From contig NC_043000.1 in assembly GCF_006345805.1 (NCBI RefSeq), positions 128,650,001-128,714,000 of the forward strand: a stretch of 64,000 nt of DNA, written 5' to 3'. Shown here in pieces: positions 39,982 to 54,924 of this stretch (within the stretch, counting starts at the first letter, position 1; every line of letters begins with the position of its first letter). The notes beneath the pieces were generated by a model. That model did no database searches. It was not told the DNA's origin and saw only the letters and a list, made by a program, of their open reading frames with translations. Both the position numbers and the translations under genes were made by a program. Origin of the DNA: Octopus sinensis. Taxonomy: Eukaryota.

Positions 39982-40849
39982 GAAGTTAAAAATCGTAACC
40001 GGACCTGTACATACAAATAACGATAAACGGTCAGCCCTGACCGATAGAGGCCCTAAAAAATGAAAGAAAAAAAATGACGAAATAACACGGGAATATCACG
40101 AATATGAAATTATGTCGTAAACTCAAGGATCACCGTTATCTTATATGACTACCCTGAAAAGATAGATTTGTCATGGTTAGAATATCATTGCTTTCAAAAA
40201 CTCACATTAAAGAGACAAAAACAGACAACAATCATATGAGATGCTTATGTTGTTAGTGTCACCTAATAGTTGACAGAAAACTGTCGTATGAATTTTATTC
40301 TAAACGTAGCTTCTTACCACAATAAAACTTAATCACGCAATGATAAATGATAAAATTCACATTAAACTAACCAGTCAACGTAATATTCAATCTTCGAATG
40401 TCCTCTAAGCTAGGATGCAATCCACTTAAACAGTGAATGCAGAGTCCAAGTTTTAAGCCTGTAGCTTGACGAAAGGACTCCTAAATAACATGTTAGCACT
40501 TTATCCAAACGAATCTTTACTTGTTTCAGTCGTTGTATACTCGACCATGCTGGGGCACCGTCTTGAAGGGTTTTAATCATATTTTTTTAAAGTCTGGCAC
40601 TTATTCTATCGTTCTACATCTTGTTGAACTGTTAAGTTACGGGACCATAAGCCAATACTGACTGTCAAACAGGTGATTGTGACGAACCGGCAGAAAGACA
40701 CAAGCAAACATACACTTACATACATACGATTAATATATATATATATATATACGTGCTAGTCTTTTTGAAGCTTTATAGTTTGTTTTTATTTTTTAATTTA
40801 TATTTTTTATATGTTTTTTATATTTTTATATTTATATTCATTTTTATTT

Positions 40850-41210
40850 GGTGTTGTAGTCCCGAATTTGTGACTTGGTACTTTTAGTATGTTTTAATGT
40901 GTGGGTGTGAAGCTTTTGACATGGTTACACGCACACATGGATATGAAATAAAAGATCACTAGCGGCTCAAGTTTTGACCTGGAGAATTTGTCCCTTTACG
41001 CTGTTTTTGGCTTTCCTGGCATTGGAAGCAGTTTATGTTGTGGTCCCGAATTTGGGAATGTTGGTGATTTTAATGTTTTTCAATGTGTGGGTGTGAAGTT
41101 TTTGACATGGTTACACACACGCATAGATACGAAATGCATGGAGATTACTAGCAGGTCAAATTTTGACCTAGGGGATTTGTCCTATAAGACCATTTTTGAC
41201 TATCCCTAGT
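40850..41210. repeat. Two diverged tandem units of ~185 bp
   Basis: GTCCCGAATTTG...AATGTGTGGGTGTGAAG.TTTTGACATGGTTACAC...TTTTGACCT occurs twice. Confidence 0.8.
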
Positions 41211-41951
41211 ATTAATATTAGTTCGTGATTGTGCACTTTGTGTGTTAAATGCAAAATGTTTTTTCTTAGAATCGTTGGAGATTGTGGCCAGAATGATTTA
41301 ATTCCTAAATAGCGCCAATGTTGTTCATCAAATCGTTATTTATTTACTTTTTCCTAGTGTAGTTTTTTTTCGTATATTGCACCGCTCACGAAGGGTTACG
41401 GCTGTTCTTTTGCCACCTCCATCGCGTTAACCTTCATAGGTGTAAATATGAATATAAATATATAGTATGTGTGATAGGTAAGTGTGAATTTCTTTTCAAA
41501 TTGATTTGACTTTTAAGTAACATTTTAACGTTCAATATTAGGTAAATTTTAAACGATAAATTTCTAAGCTCATGAATTATGCGTCTTTTAATGTAAGTTG
41601 GTTTACATTTGAAAATATCTATACGTTGTCCTCAAATAAGTCAAATAAGTTATTTCGTAACTCAATAATAAAATACACTTATTTTTCCAGAAGAGATCTA
41701 ACACTATACAGATTATTGCATCTTTTAAGGTTATAATTATTGTTGATTCTTAAATATTGTTTTATAACTTTTTTTTGATATTTTGGGATTATTTTGTTGG
41801 TTGAGGCGGTTCATTTTATACTCATATAGGTATATTTTTTCGTATTTTAATTTGCATCACTTTTCCAATTGTAATACAAATAAAACAAACCACGCATCAT
41901 TTTAATTTTTCTTCGTTTTCTTTTATTGACTTTGTATGTATGTATATATAT

Positions 41952-42431
41952 CAGTAGTGACTTCGGCACTCGGGCTGTTCGGGATTAGCCCGAGAATAAA
42001 TTTACTAAAGTGAACGTGTATTTGCAAGCTGATTTTATTTCTGCCAACACTGACTTTAAGTATGTAATGGTAACCAATAACTCGGGCTCCTTTTGAGCTT
42101 GGTTGCAGTTAATTTATTTTCGTTCAGCGTCTGGCGGTCGTCTTAGAGGTGCCCTGTGTCAAAAAATATCATTCGTCGACGTTCTCTCGACATCGTTCAC
42201 ACGCGCCTGACTCGGGTTCAGAAGTTACAGCCCGAGTTGTTATCTTTAATCGTAAAAATTAAAAGTAATTCACACTCAATGTTTTCTTGAAACAATAAAT
42301 TTCTATAAAGATTAGGATTTAAATTCCTAGCTATGAAAAGTTTTCGTTCTACAATATTCTTAAAGGAACAAAAAAATATCCAGCAACTCGGGCTAATACG
42401 AACGAGCCTGGTAGGTGTAAAAGACTAACTG
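41952..42431. mobile_element. Putative non-autonomous DNA transposon with degenerate inverted termini and six CTCGGG(C/T)T motifs
   Basis: ATTAGCCCGAG near the left end and CTCGGGCTAAT near the right end. Motif copies at 41969, 41987, 42081, 42211, 42229 and 42387. No TSD found. Confidence 0.5.
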
Positions 42432-42809
42432 GCATCTCTTGTCAAGAGTACAGGCGACAATCAGATCGCTGTTGTTTGTTGTGCACTCCACTGACGTTAT
42501 TTGTTTGCTGTTATTCTGTGCGTATGTGCGTAAAGACCAGTTGTGTTTTATAAGGTTGCTTTATTTTTGTCCTTAACTTAGAAATGGAGAAAGACATAGT
42601 GCTAGATATAAACATTAAGTCATTTGGGGCTAAAAATATTGCAGCGGCCATGCTGGAACACCGCTTTTAGTCGAACAAATCGTCTCCAGGACTTATTCTT
42701 TGTAAGCCTACTACTTATTCTATCGGTTTCTTTACTACTTATTCTGTCGGTCTCATAGTCATTTTCGCCACCACGACCACGAGGACAGCGACCACCACCA
42801 CTACCACTA

Positions 42810-42810
42810 C

Positions 42811-42844
<34 letters not shown>

Positions 42845-43219
42845 GACGATGGAAGCTACTACTATCATAACCACCACCACCACCACCACCACCACTACTA
42901 CTACTACTACCACCACCACCACCACCACCACCACCACCACCACCACCACCACTACTACTACTACTATACTACTACTACTACTACTACTACTGCTGCTGCT
43001 GCTACTACTACTACTACTACTACTACAACTACTACTACTACTACTACTACTACAACTACACATTTATACAGGCATACATACATGCATACCTACCTACCTA
43101 CCTACCTACCTACCTACCTACCTACCTACCTACATACATACATACATAAATACATACACACATATATGCATGCATACCTACCTACACATCTACCTACCTA
43201 CCTACCTACCTACCTACCT

Positions 43220-43257
<38 letters not shown>

Positions 43258-43290
43258 GCACACACACACACACACACACACATTCACATT
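42810..43290. repeat. Compound (CAT)/(CAC)/(TAC)/(TGC)/(TACC)/(CA) microsatellite
   Basis: Directly visible; it explains the local ORFs. Confidence 0.95.
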
Positions 43291-43454
43291 CACATTCAGA
43301 CGTCGCCTCGTGCAGCGAGTGAAATGAATTTTCTCTAATCAACGAAAATTGTCAGTTTTCCCTGCTTCTTTTAAGTCAAAAGAAAATGCGCAGTTTTGTA
43401 AATAAATAAATTAATTACTACTAGTTTCTTTCTGAGAGTCTGCCAATCTGTCTG

Positions 43455-43577
<123 letters not shown>

Positions 43578-43725
43578 TATCTTTTACTTGCTTCAGTCAC
43601 TGGTCAAAGACCATACTGGGGCATCACCTTGAAGGGATTTGTCGAACAAATCAAACCCAGTACTAATATTTTATTTTAAGTCAGGCACTTACTGTATCGG
43701 TGCTTGCCTGTCCCCCCTCTCTCTC

Positions 43726-43790
<65 letters not shown>

Positions 43791-44794
43791 TTGCGGTTCG
43801 TGTATAGGCACTGCGGAACTGCAGCACCCACTATTTCCATTCGATATTATCGATAACATTCAATATAACGAGTCCTTGTTTCTTTAATTCCTTCTTTATA
43901 CTTGTACATTATATAATGTCAGTAGCCATCCTCTAGTTTATTAAAAAAAGTATGAAAATCCTTGGATAGAACTGTGCGCTTCACAGTTCCAGCGACGCGG
44001 TGTTTGGCTGTTGTGCACATGCTCACATGTCCGAGATAGGAAACCGCACGCTATGGAGAGAGAGCACTGCCCTTCACGCAGTGCCGAACCTGGTGTGCTA
44101 GTGAAAGGTAGTGTTTCTTTTTGACTCCGCGTGTGTTATGCTTAAAAACGTGTTTATATTTTTGAATATGATAAAGTGTAGAATTAGATTATCGTGCTTC
44201 CAGATACAGCGTTGCTGTCAGTATTTGAAAAATGGGGCTGATTATTTTATGATTTAGGGTTTTTTTTTTTTGAAAAACAAGGGGGAATTCGCGGCGTAGT
44301 TCAGTGAGCAAATTAAATACACTACCATCCATCCATCCATCCATCCATTAATCCATCCATCTATTAATCCATCCAACGATTCAGACAACCCGCACAAATG
44401 GATGATCGACACACCATCAGAATTTACAGCGTGTACAGGATTAGATTGGACTGTGGAGGGAGTGATATATCCAGACTGTCACACTGCACTCCATACAAGT
44501 CATCGCTACGATTCGGTGTGGGCAGTATGGTCTTCAGCGTTACAGTGGATACAGTATAACTAAAATGGATCAGTGGGTCGGGCTATGTCATGCGCGCGAT
44601 GACCTGCTTGCTATAAGACTGCTCGGTGGTACTTGAATTGGAATTACCACAACAACAACTGCAACAGCAAAAGCAACCAAAAAAGAAATATACCATAACA
44701 ATGCCAGCAGAAGCAAAAAATTAATATCACCAAACGCGATAACACCGGAAGCAACAAGTGCAATAACAACAAAAGCAGCAGCAGCAGCAGCAGC

Positions 44795-44840
<46 letters not shown>

Positions 44841-45039
44841 CAACAACAACAACAACAACGGCAACAACAGCACGGATGCTACTCTGCTAGGAATTGTAGC
44901 GAAAGTTCCTTCATATTATATATACTGACGTCTCATAAATGGAAGTTATCTCAGAATAATATGCTTACATATTATAATTCTGGAACGCTTTGGATTATAA
45001 ATCTTTTCAATCAGTGCCGACCTGAAGCTAAACAACAAC

Positions 45040-45047
45040 AGGTAGAA

Positions 45048-45098
<51 letters not shown>

Positions 45099-45662
45099 TA
45101 TCATTATTCAGTAGCAGCAACTATAACATTATCAACAGCAATAATATCGCCATCGACAATAATATATATATATATATATATACTTACACGTGAGTGTGCG
45201 TGTGTGTGTATGTGTGTGCGTGCGTGTGTGTGTGTGTGTGTACGTGCGTGAGTGTGTGCGTGCGTGTGTGTGTGCGTGCGTGTGTGTGTGCGTGTGTGTG
45301 TGCGTGCGTGAGTGTGTGCGTGCGTGTGTATGTGCGTGTGTGCGTGCGTGCGTGTGTCTGTGCGTATGCCTGTGTTAATATTGAAGACGAACTTGTGTTA
45401 CTTGATGTCTGCAACGGTCGCAATTTCCGAACTGTGACACAAAAACGGGAGAAGGGTAGAATAAAACAACAACAACAACAATAACAACTACTACTACTAC
45501 TACTACTACTACAGAAATGAAGGTAATGACATGAGCGACAATAAGAGAAAAGATTATTTGGGTCTTCTCCAAACTGTTGACTCATCCTTCACCATTAGCT
45601 TACTTATCTGATTGTGAAGGGCGTGTTTTATCAGCTGCTGGCTGTAAAACTACACACACATG

Positions 45663-45745
<83 letters not shown>

Positions 45746-45903
45746 ATAACGCACGCGCACACGCACACACACACAAACACAGATGCACATATTCATACAC
45801 ATGTACATACTTATGCATACATATATATACACATGCTCTCACACACACTCACACACACATGCACACATACATACATACATACATACATACATACATACAT
45901 ACA

Positions 45904-45945
<42 letters not shown>

Positions 45946-46070
45946 ATCATAAATATATAAGTAAATGCACGCATGCATGCATACATACATACATAAATAC
46001 ATACATACATACATACATGCATGCATACCTACATACATATATACATACATACATACCAGTACATAGATGA
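45040..46070. repeat. Compound (CAT)/(TG,TGCG)/(CA)/(CATA) microsatellite field
   Basis: Directly visible; it explains the local ORFs. Confidence 0.95.
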
Positions 46071-46567
46071 GAGCAAACACACATAACGCATAACATATAA
46101 CATAAAAAAACCCGGGGACTTCTTTATATGCAAGCAACCGCCATAAAGACACACACACGCGCACACTCACACACACACGCTCATACTTACACATATTTGT
46201 GTGCATTTGTATGAGTGGTTAAGAGTGTGCATATGTACGACAGTAGAATTTCGTACGTAATGTATGTATATATGTATGTATATTGGTATTTACATATGTG
46301 TATTATATATATGTATAGATGCGCGTATTACTATCTCTCTCTGTCTCCTCTTTCTTTCTCTCTCTCTCTCTATCACACACAGACACACACACATTCATAA
46401 TTGCAAACACATACGCATGCAGTATATTTATAGTTTTTTGTATGTGTGATATGCGTGTTTATGTATATGAGCGCGTATATTTCATTTTCACTTTTAATCT
46501 TGTATGTATGTATGTATGTATGTATGTATGATGTATGTAGATATATATGTGTGTGTGTTTGTGTGAA

Positions 46568-46634
<67 letters not shown>

Positions 46635-46703
46635 ACACACACATATGCATATATGTGTGTAAATGTAAGTATATGAATGTATATACGTATAAATGTATAC
46701 ATA

Positions 46704-46737
<34 letters not shown>

Positions 46738-46946
46738 GTATCGAAGATGTAATTGGTTCGGAATGTCTAAACCAGATACATAAAATACTTGCGGCAGGAG
46801 GGAAATGAGTACAACTGTTGCCTTAGACTGTATTCTGCTCTTCCAGCTTCGATTGGGAGTAATTGCTATAGTAGATGTAAACACCCGTTTTCTGAGGTTA
46901 TGATATTCTTTATTTCCAGTTGCTGGCATTATAGCCATTTCCTATT

Positions 46947-46983
<37 letters not shown>

Positions 46984-47994
46984 TTTTCTGAAGTAAAAGA
47001 GCCCTATTTATTGTGTTTTCTTCTTTCCAATCGAAATCGTACGGACGGGGAAGTCTTAAGCCTACTGTTTAAATTATAAGTGCCTTGCCCTAAATTTCTG
47101 GTTTTTATTTGCATTTTGACAGTAAACACTCTCTGTGTGTACGAAGGATGTTCTTATCTGGTCATTCGGCCTGTGAGAAATACCAGTTAAATCTCCTTCA
47201 ATGCACACCAAACTGATTTAAGAAAAGAAGAGGAAAACAAAAACACATTGGATAATGTCGTCTGGTGTCCATTGCTCATGAATATAAGACGGAATGACCA
47301 TGGGCTGAATGATTTTGATCATGTTGATGAAGGCGGTGTTGGGAGGGGCGGTCCAAAACAGCAACAGCAGCAGTACTGAACCCGCGTTGATAAAATAAGC
47401 ATCAATTATGCAATAAATAAAAACCATACGTCGACTCTATTGCTTTTTTTTATAAAGCAAACTGTTTATGTTAAATGGGCTGAATTTGGTTGACGGAAGT
47501 TGTGTGGAAGCCCCTCGGTACTCGTTTGTTTATACTCCTCTAACTAAGCAGTTCGACAAAAGAGGTGCAATAAAACGCGTACCAGACTTTAAAAGGAATA
47601 AGTATTGGAATCGATTTGTTCGACTAAACACTTCATCCAATGACAAATACAAATAAAAGAATAGAAAAAATATCACATTTCTGCAGTCATTAACTTGCAG
47701 CTCTTCATGATGGATATCAACTGCACCAATCTTATCTATGTAGGAGGGCCAGGTAAGGTCATCAGAACAGTCCCTTCCTCCGGACCAATCTTTGAAACAT
47801 AAACATCATACATTTGTAATAATGAAGCAAGCAAATATTATTAAACACATGAAAATGCGTAAGTGGTAACAACGACAGAGATCTTGTCCCTATACTTGTG
47901 AATTCGAATACCGGCGGTTATCACTTTATTTTTCGTACATTCAGGCTCGAAACGATGATAATTGTCTAAAGTTACACCGGGTTCTGCTTGACTC

Positions 47995-48300
47995 AGCAGT
48001 AACATCAAACTTAGTAATTTTGATCGAGCTAACAGTACCGCGGGAAGAAGGGTACGATCAAGCCTTTGAATGGAAGCGTGCCAAATACCAGAGCCTTTTG
48101 CAAGATTGTCGGGGTAATTGCAAGATTGTCGGAGTAATGGTTATTTCCAGTTGAGGCTGGCTGTAGGGGATTCTCTGCCCAGTTACTATGATAGACGCTT
48201 ATGATCATTGTGTGTGAGCATACATTTTTCTCGAGCCCTAGGACTAATAAAGTCGGTTACTCGGTTTTCATGGCGTGGCTTTGAACTTTGCAATTCTAAG
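47995..48300 (+). mobile_element. Hero-like non-LTR retrotransposon, restriction-like endonuclease fragment
   Basis: LVILIELTVPREEGYDQAFEWKRAKYQSLLQDCR...LFPVEAGCRGFSAQ matches the ELTVPWE...KY..L...C...FPVEVGCRGF signature. Contains a 20-bp tandem duplication (48098-48137). Confidence 0.75.
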
Positions 48301-48457
48301 GGGAGGGCAAGTCAAGAACATCAACCGAAGGGATAAAAGGCTAAGTTGATCACGGCGGGAGTTGAGGTCAGAACATGTGGGTCCAGAAGAAATGCAACTA
48401 ACCATTTTGTCCAACATGCTAACAATTCTGTTAAATCACCTACATTTGTCCGTCCGC

Positions 48458-48492
<35 letters not shown>

Positions 48493-50189
48493 CGAAAGAA
48501 GGAGGCACTCGACGGGTTTCCTTGAGAACAGCTGGTAGGGCTCACAATTTTGAAGCCATAGAAAATAGTTACAATTTCTTTATGAAATATCTAGCATTTA
48601 TTTTTGTCTCAGATTTTAGAAAATTTCAACTATTATAAGATTGAAGACAAAGTTTTTGTTATCTACAAAGATTTCATCACGGTTCCAGCCAAAGAAAACA
48701 AGTCCGCTTCTGCTCCTGAAAACAAATTTTTGCAACTATTTACAGCAATAGAAGATAGTTCTAGTCCAAAAAGCAGAAGAGAGATATAGCATTAGAAAAT
48801 AGGGCCGTACATACATACACATCTTTAAGAAATAGTTCAAAACAACCAAACAAAGTCTATAAAATTGTCCATGAAAAAAGAAAAAAAGGATCAGCGTAGA
48901 TGTAAGGCGATATTCTGTTGCAATCTTCTTTGCACGTACATAGTACAGTGCTTCTTAATTTTACAAATATTTTGTCAGCACAAGTTAGATGCAATACGAT
49001 TGATGTATGTGGTATAGCCATTTTGGAAAGTAGAAATATCATGACTGTTAGCCATTGTTCAGTTCCAGTCGTCAGACTTAAAGTGGTGCATAGCGATATC
49101 TGATAAATTGGTTATGATGGACATTTTTGAGGGCTAATCTAGGTTGGTTGATGGAACGGGTAACTCGAGTAGCTGCCCAGGCGACATATACTTGGGGGTG
49201 CCAGATCATGTTTGAGGTCTTTGAAACAATATGGAAAAATAAAAATAGACACTTTATTTTTATATTTCAGGTTTTACTACTTGTGAAAATTGAGGAAAAA
49301 AACCCCCCAAAAAACCCCAAAGAAATATTTGCAAGGACGCTGAAATAGTTTGCCAGGGACGCCAGAACTCTAAGAACTAAATGATGGTAAGTTTTCTTTC
49401 TTTCTTACATTTTTTCTGAACAGTTTACTCTGAAGGTAAATAGCAAAGCACCAAAACAAGGCTTCAGATGAAACTTCTAGGAATAAACGGCTGTGTGTTA
49501 TGAAAACATACAGTCGTTTATTCCTTGATCAATTATTTTGATTTAACTCTGGAACCAGTACTACACTTGGAATGATGATGATCACTATTAAGTTTCACTC
49601 AAATAACTCAGCAACATCAAAACCATTCTATGCTGCCAAGATTCCAAGATCTTTTTCAAGTTGAAATATTCAATTTACAGTATTATTTCTTTACTAAAAG
49701 AAATAAAACAGTGAAATTGAGGAGAAAAACAAATTAGAAAAAAACAAAACAAAACATTTAAATTAGGAGAAAATTCTTGGAATAAAACACATTTTACTAA
49801 ATCAATAGCAACAACAAATTTAATTTTCTTCTTACAATTTAATTACTAATTTGTTTTCGTAAAAATTGCTGAATAGTTTTTAATATTTGCCTGATTTTGC
49901 AAAACATTTACATTGATAAATGATGGTTCTGCGCACTTACTGCTGGAATGAAAAGTTATCCATCTCCAAATAGTGAATCAGACAAAAATTATTTGTTTAC
50001 CATTGTAATTTCATTTCTAAATGAAGGAGTACATTTGTACTGAGGATCACAAATATGTGTCATATACTCCGTTTGGATTTAGCTGTCTATAAGTTATACC
50101 CTCCTATCCTCCAATTTTCTGTAAAAGTTGATCAAAAATAACAATTCTTTAAATGACTAGGTCCTGCGTTGGCGTCTTGTGGTTGCTTT

Positions 50190-50266
<77 letters not shown>

Positions 50267-50281
50267 TTATTGTTCTTTCTT

Positions 50282-50470
50282 AGGTAGCGAACGGACAGGA
50301 TCGTTAGAGCGTCGGAAAAAATTGGTGTGCGTTATTCATTCTGGCTCAAATTCCGCCGATGTCTTCTTTGCCTTCTATCTCTTCGAGGTCGATGAAATAA
50401 AGTATCAGTTAAGTTCTGGTCGATGATATTAGTTAACCCCTTTCTCTCAGAATTGGTGGCCTTGCTTCTA
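50282..50470 (+). mobile_element. SINE family 1 copy, degenerate
   Basis: CTCAAATTCCGCC...CTTTGCCTT...GAGGTCGATGAAATAAAGTA. Confidence 0.7.
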
Positions 50471-51616
50471 AATTAAAACAATTATTGTCCTCTTTGATAG
50501 TGGCAATGAAAACCATGAGTAACTGGCAACCAAATTACAAATGGTAAACAATCAGGTTATTGTGCCCTGCGATCCTTGTAAAAACTCGGGAAATACACGT
50601 ACAAACTGACCTTATTAAACTTTATTGGGCGGCGAGTTAGCCCAAACGGGAAGAACCACGATAAATACCTTATACAATTTAGTTTCTTAACTTTTCATTC
50701 TCAGTTCAAATCACGTTCGACTTGGGTTTACAACACTTACTAAACATATGAAATAGGTACCAGTAAAATACTGAGTTACCTTTAATCAGCTATATAGTCC
50801 CAACTAAAAAGAAAGAAGAGGAAAAGAAGTCCGGGAACATGTATAATTTGGTCAATGTTCTGTGAGCAGAATTTCACAGACGGCAACTGTGTAGCTATTT
50901 GGCTATATGTCATGTACGTATTCGTGTTTATGCTTATAGTACAACACCAATTTAAAAAAAGTGTTGTACAAAACAAGAAAAAAAAGGATAAGGATAAAAT
51001 ATGTACCTTGTTAAAGTAAGTAATTTCGAGTCTTTAATGACTGTCAAAAAATAATTCTTTAAAAGTGTGGCTCCCTGGTTTAATGGCTGTTAATAATTAA
51101 CAATGAAGAAACAAATATTTGTGTGTGCGCGTGCGCGCGCGTGTGTAGTGGGAAAGGGTTGAGTTAAGAGACGAACTACACGCAAGAGAACATTTAGTTT
51201 CTTCTCAGGCTCGACATGCCGGTAATACCGGTGATATACTGGTGTCGAATTACTCGACTACTTTAACTTTTGTCGGGAAATCTAGGAATGACCTAATTTT
51301 TAATCAAAAGGGAAACGAGCATTTCGAAAGTTTTGTGACTAACGTTGTAGAACAAGACAGAAATTCCCAACAAGTTGGGTCTGCTGCGACGAAGTTCCAA
51401 TCGCAGTTTGGAAGCCACGAGAAATCATGAAAGCCATCACATCAGTTTCTCCCTTAAAAATTTAGGCCTTGTGCCTAATCATAAAGAAACGAACATTATG
51501 ATAATTTTACTAGATAAGCTGGATAATTACCAGAATAAATGATTCTTCGCTTAGTCTACTCGCCGCCATAAATATGTTAGTTAATGTTTAATATGATAAT
51601 CACCAGTAAATGCCAA

Positions 51617-51654
<38 letters not shown>

Positions 51655-51716
51655 ATAGTAGTAGTAATAGCAACAACAATAACAGCAGCCACACCAACAC
51701 GGCAGGCATAATGATT

Positions 51717-51748
<32 letters not shown>

Positions 51749-52704
51749 CAACTACAACAACAGAAATAAGGACATGAAGCACAACTGCAATAGACTACAT
51801 CACTGTCATCAGATCACTATCACTACCACTACCAGCCAGAGGAGCAACCACCACTACCAGATCACCACCACCACTAAAACAGATCACCCCCACCACTACC
51901 ATCGTCTCACCAGATCCATCTCCACCATTGGTAACAAACTCCGTCACTGTCATCACACTTCCACCACCACCACCGGCCGCAACTAATTATAACAACCTCA
52001 AAAGCTTGGTCACTCGATCCCCTGGTAAAATAAGCCATGTTCCTACAAATTGCATCTCATCATTTTGAAAAACACATTGTATATCGCAGTCATAAAGCTA
52101 TGAAGACTGGAAGGTCACGGCTGGAATGTCTATGATCGAAAAATTGCTCAGTCGGGGACAACCTGGTACAAAACAACAGCAACAAAACTCCGCTGCCGCC
52201 TTCACCTCCAGCACTATGTTTAATAACAACATAAAGACACCCCCTCCTGCATCTACACCACCACCACCATCATCTTCAATAGCAACAACGTGAATTCTCC
52301 CACCGCCCTCATCAGTACCATCCTCACCAAAACCACCCCACCACCAACAATAACATAAAGACCCCTCCCCTCTTCCACCACCACCACCAATACCATCTGC
52401 ACCAGCATCGTTATCATCATCACCAGTAGGAAGTAAAAGAGAACTACCGACACACAAAAATAGTGGGATTGGTCACGTGATTCGGTCGACTAGTAAACAC
52501 CAACATCCGGTGTCGTTCCTCGTAAGCTGCACGTCTATCGCTATGTATCTAAATATTTTGTTTTCTTAATTCAGCCTGCTTATCTCGGTTTTCTTAACGT
52601 TCATTCACGCCCCCACCATGGCCTCTCAGAGAATTTTTTTTCTTCACTTCTATTTTCTTATCTACTTTTTCTTATTTAGCTAACTGCATGCACACACACA
52701 CACA

Positions 52705-52781
<77 letters not shown>

Positions 52782-52945
52782 ATATAAAACACGTGCTTTT
52801 TATCACTCTACCTATCTGTTTTCTCCGTATGAAAAACTCTTGTACACATACATTCGTATGTGTATGAACTGCGGTATGAGTTTATGTGTGTGTGTGTGTG
52901 TGTGCGTGAAGAAGTAAGAAAAAGTAAGAGAATAGTGTGTATGTC

Positions 52946-53009
<64 letters not shown>

Positions 53010-54924
53010 GCCTATCTCACTGCCTATCTTTGTCTGTCTCAAAGAGAATCCATCTGCCAGTCTATCTGGCCTACCATTTCCTTTTACTCCCAGTCACCTG
53101 ACTTTATCGTCTGAATATATTTTCATGGGTATGTATAACAACCTCCTACCCCTCCCTCTCTCTTAGTTCTTTCTCTTTCTCTCCCTCTCACACACACATG
53201 CACTATGTAAAGTTTTTTCAAACACTACATTCTGCACAAATAAATCTGATATAGAACCTCGAACACATACATACATACATACATACATACATACATACAT
53301 ACATACATACATACATACACACATGCATGCAGACACGCACACATACATACGTACCTAAATACATACATAAATACATACATACATACATACATACATACAT
53401 ACATACACTCGCGACAATCTGGACGGTGTGTAAAAGTTTAGAATTAACCAAAAAGAACAACTTACACGAACTTTACAGATGCAATCTGTAATTGGAATAG
53501 TGAAAATGTGCAAGATTTACTGAAAGTTCGATAAGTAGCTATTTTTGTCATTGTTATTCACATTCTAACGACAGTTTCTTAGAAACCAGTTCCCTGCTTT
53601 TTGGAAAAACATTAATGAATTTTTAAGAAACTGAGAGCATACATATATAATTGGTGCACTCGCGAATGTTATCAAACGTCTAGTGCCAATCTGGAAAAGG
53701 TAGGATTTACAGGCAAATGAAAACTAAATAAATAAATACAATAAATAAATAAAAGAGACTGGTTAGCTTGCACTTTACAAATGCAATTTGTAAATGGAAC
53801 GGTAAAAATATGCAAAAATTTTCAACATGTGACACTTAATGCTGTTGTATTGCAAATTCCGGGATGAAGACATACATACAGATGTACATATATAGATGCA
53901 GGCGCACACACACGCATACGCTTGCGCGCATACACAAGCTCTCACGCGCACACAAGCACTTAAATACTAAAGAGACATGTTCACAATGCAGGTGCAAACC
54001 CTGAAAACTGTTTTGTTTTCACTTGAAACTCTATTAAGAACTTAAATAAATCTCGAAGAAAAGTATTCATTCACACAAATACATACATATACTTAACCCC
54101 ACTTAAACGCGGATGTCCTGTTACAACAAACTATACTGTGGTAGGTACAATGGAAGAAAGTCTCATTGACTTTTAGTGTAAAATGTACTCTTGTTTATAT
54201 CGCTAGCGGTCGAACGTCCATCATTGATAAAACCAAGGAAGGTCGAAATAACGTGATTTGGTGTCTCGATGCTGGAGATGTACATACACATATACACACA
54301 CATATACATACATGCGTACATACATACATACATACATACATACATACATACATACATACATACATACATACATACATACATACACTTACGAGCAACCAGG
54401 ATCATTTACACGCCACCATCCGAAACAAAATGTTGGGCTGTTTGTTGAATTGTTGTTGGTTTAAGATTACTTCCCCTAGTTATGTGTATCTTCTAGGTTC
54501 CACACACACACAGCACAGTATTGACGTTAACATTGTTTAGCCACATAGATCCACCCTAATCGGGTAAACCTATAATAAAATACGTCCAAACCGTAACCAT
54601 CATATATTTTTGTATATTTCGATCTAGATTGTTCAATGTGTTATTTCTTTTGTAAAATTTTTTCTCAGAAAAGTATTTTGCTATTTTTTAGCAGTTATCA
54701 CTTGTTTGTTTAGCCTCACATCAACCCAGATCAAAGGTTTTTCCAGTAGTGGGCTTCCTGTCATTATAGAAATATATAGACTACGCTGACTATTATGACC
54801 TTCTTTATTGGAAGCAAATATGGTGATTTCATGAGTACCTTTTTGCAGATTGGGCAAGCCTGTTGAGGAACCTACACTGGCTTGACGTTTATGGAATTGA
54901 CGATATTGATGCTATCTGATTTGG

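Noticed and set aside
44380-44640. GC-richer segment with a 53-aa plus ORF and a short minus frame
   Set aside because: No recognisable motif or consistent splice structure.
51227-51430. Open frame after an AG acceptor (…SNYSTTLTFVGKSR…)
   Set aside because: It overlaps sequence resembling a decayed SINE, with no donor or protein signature.
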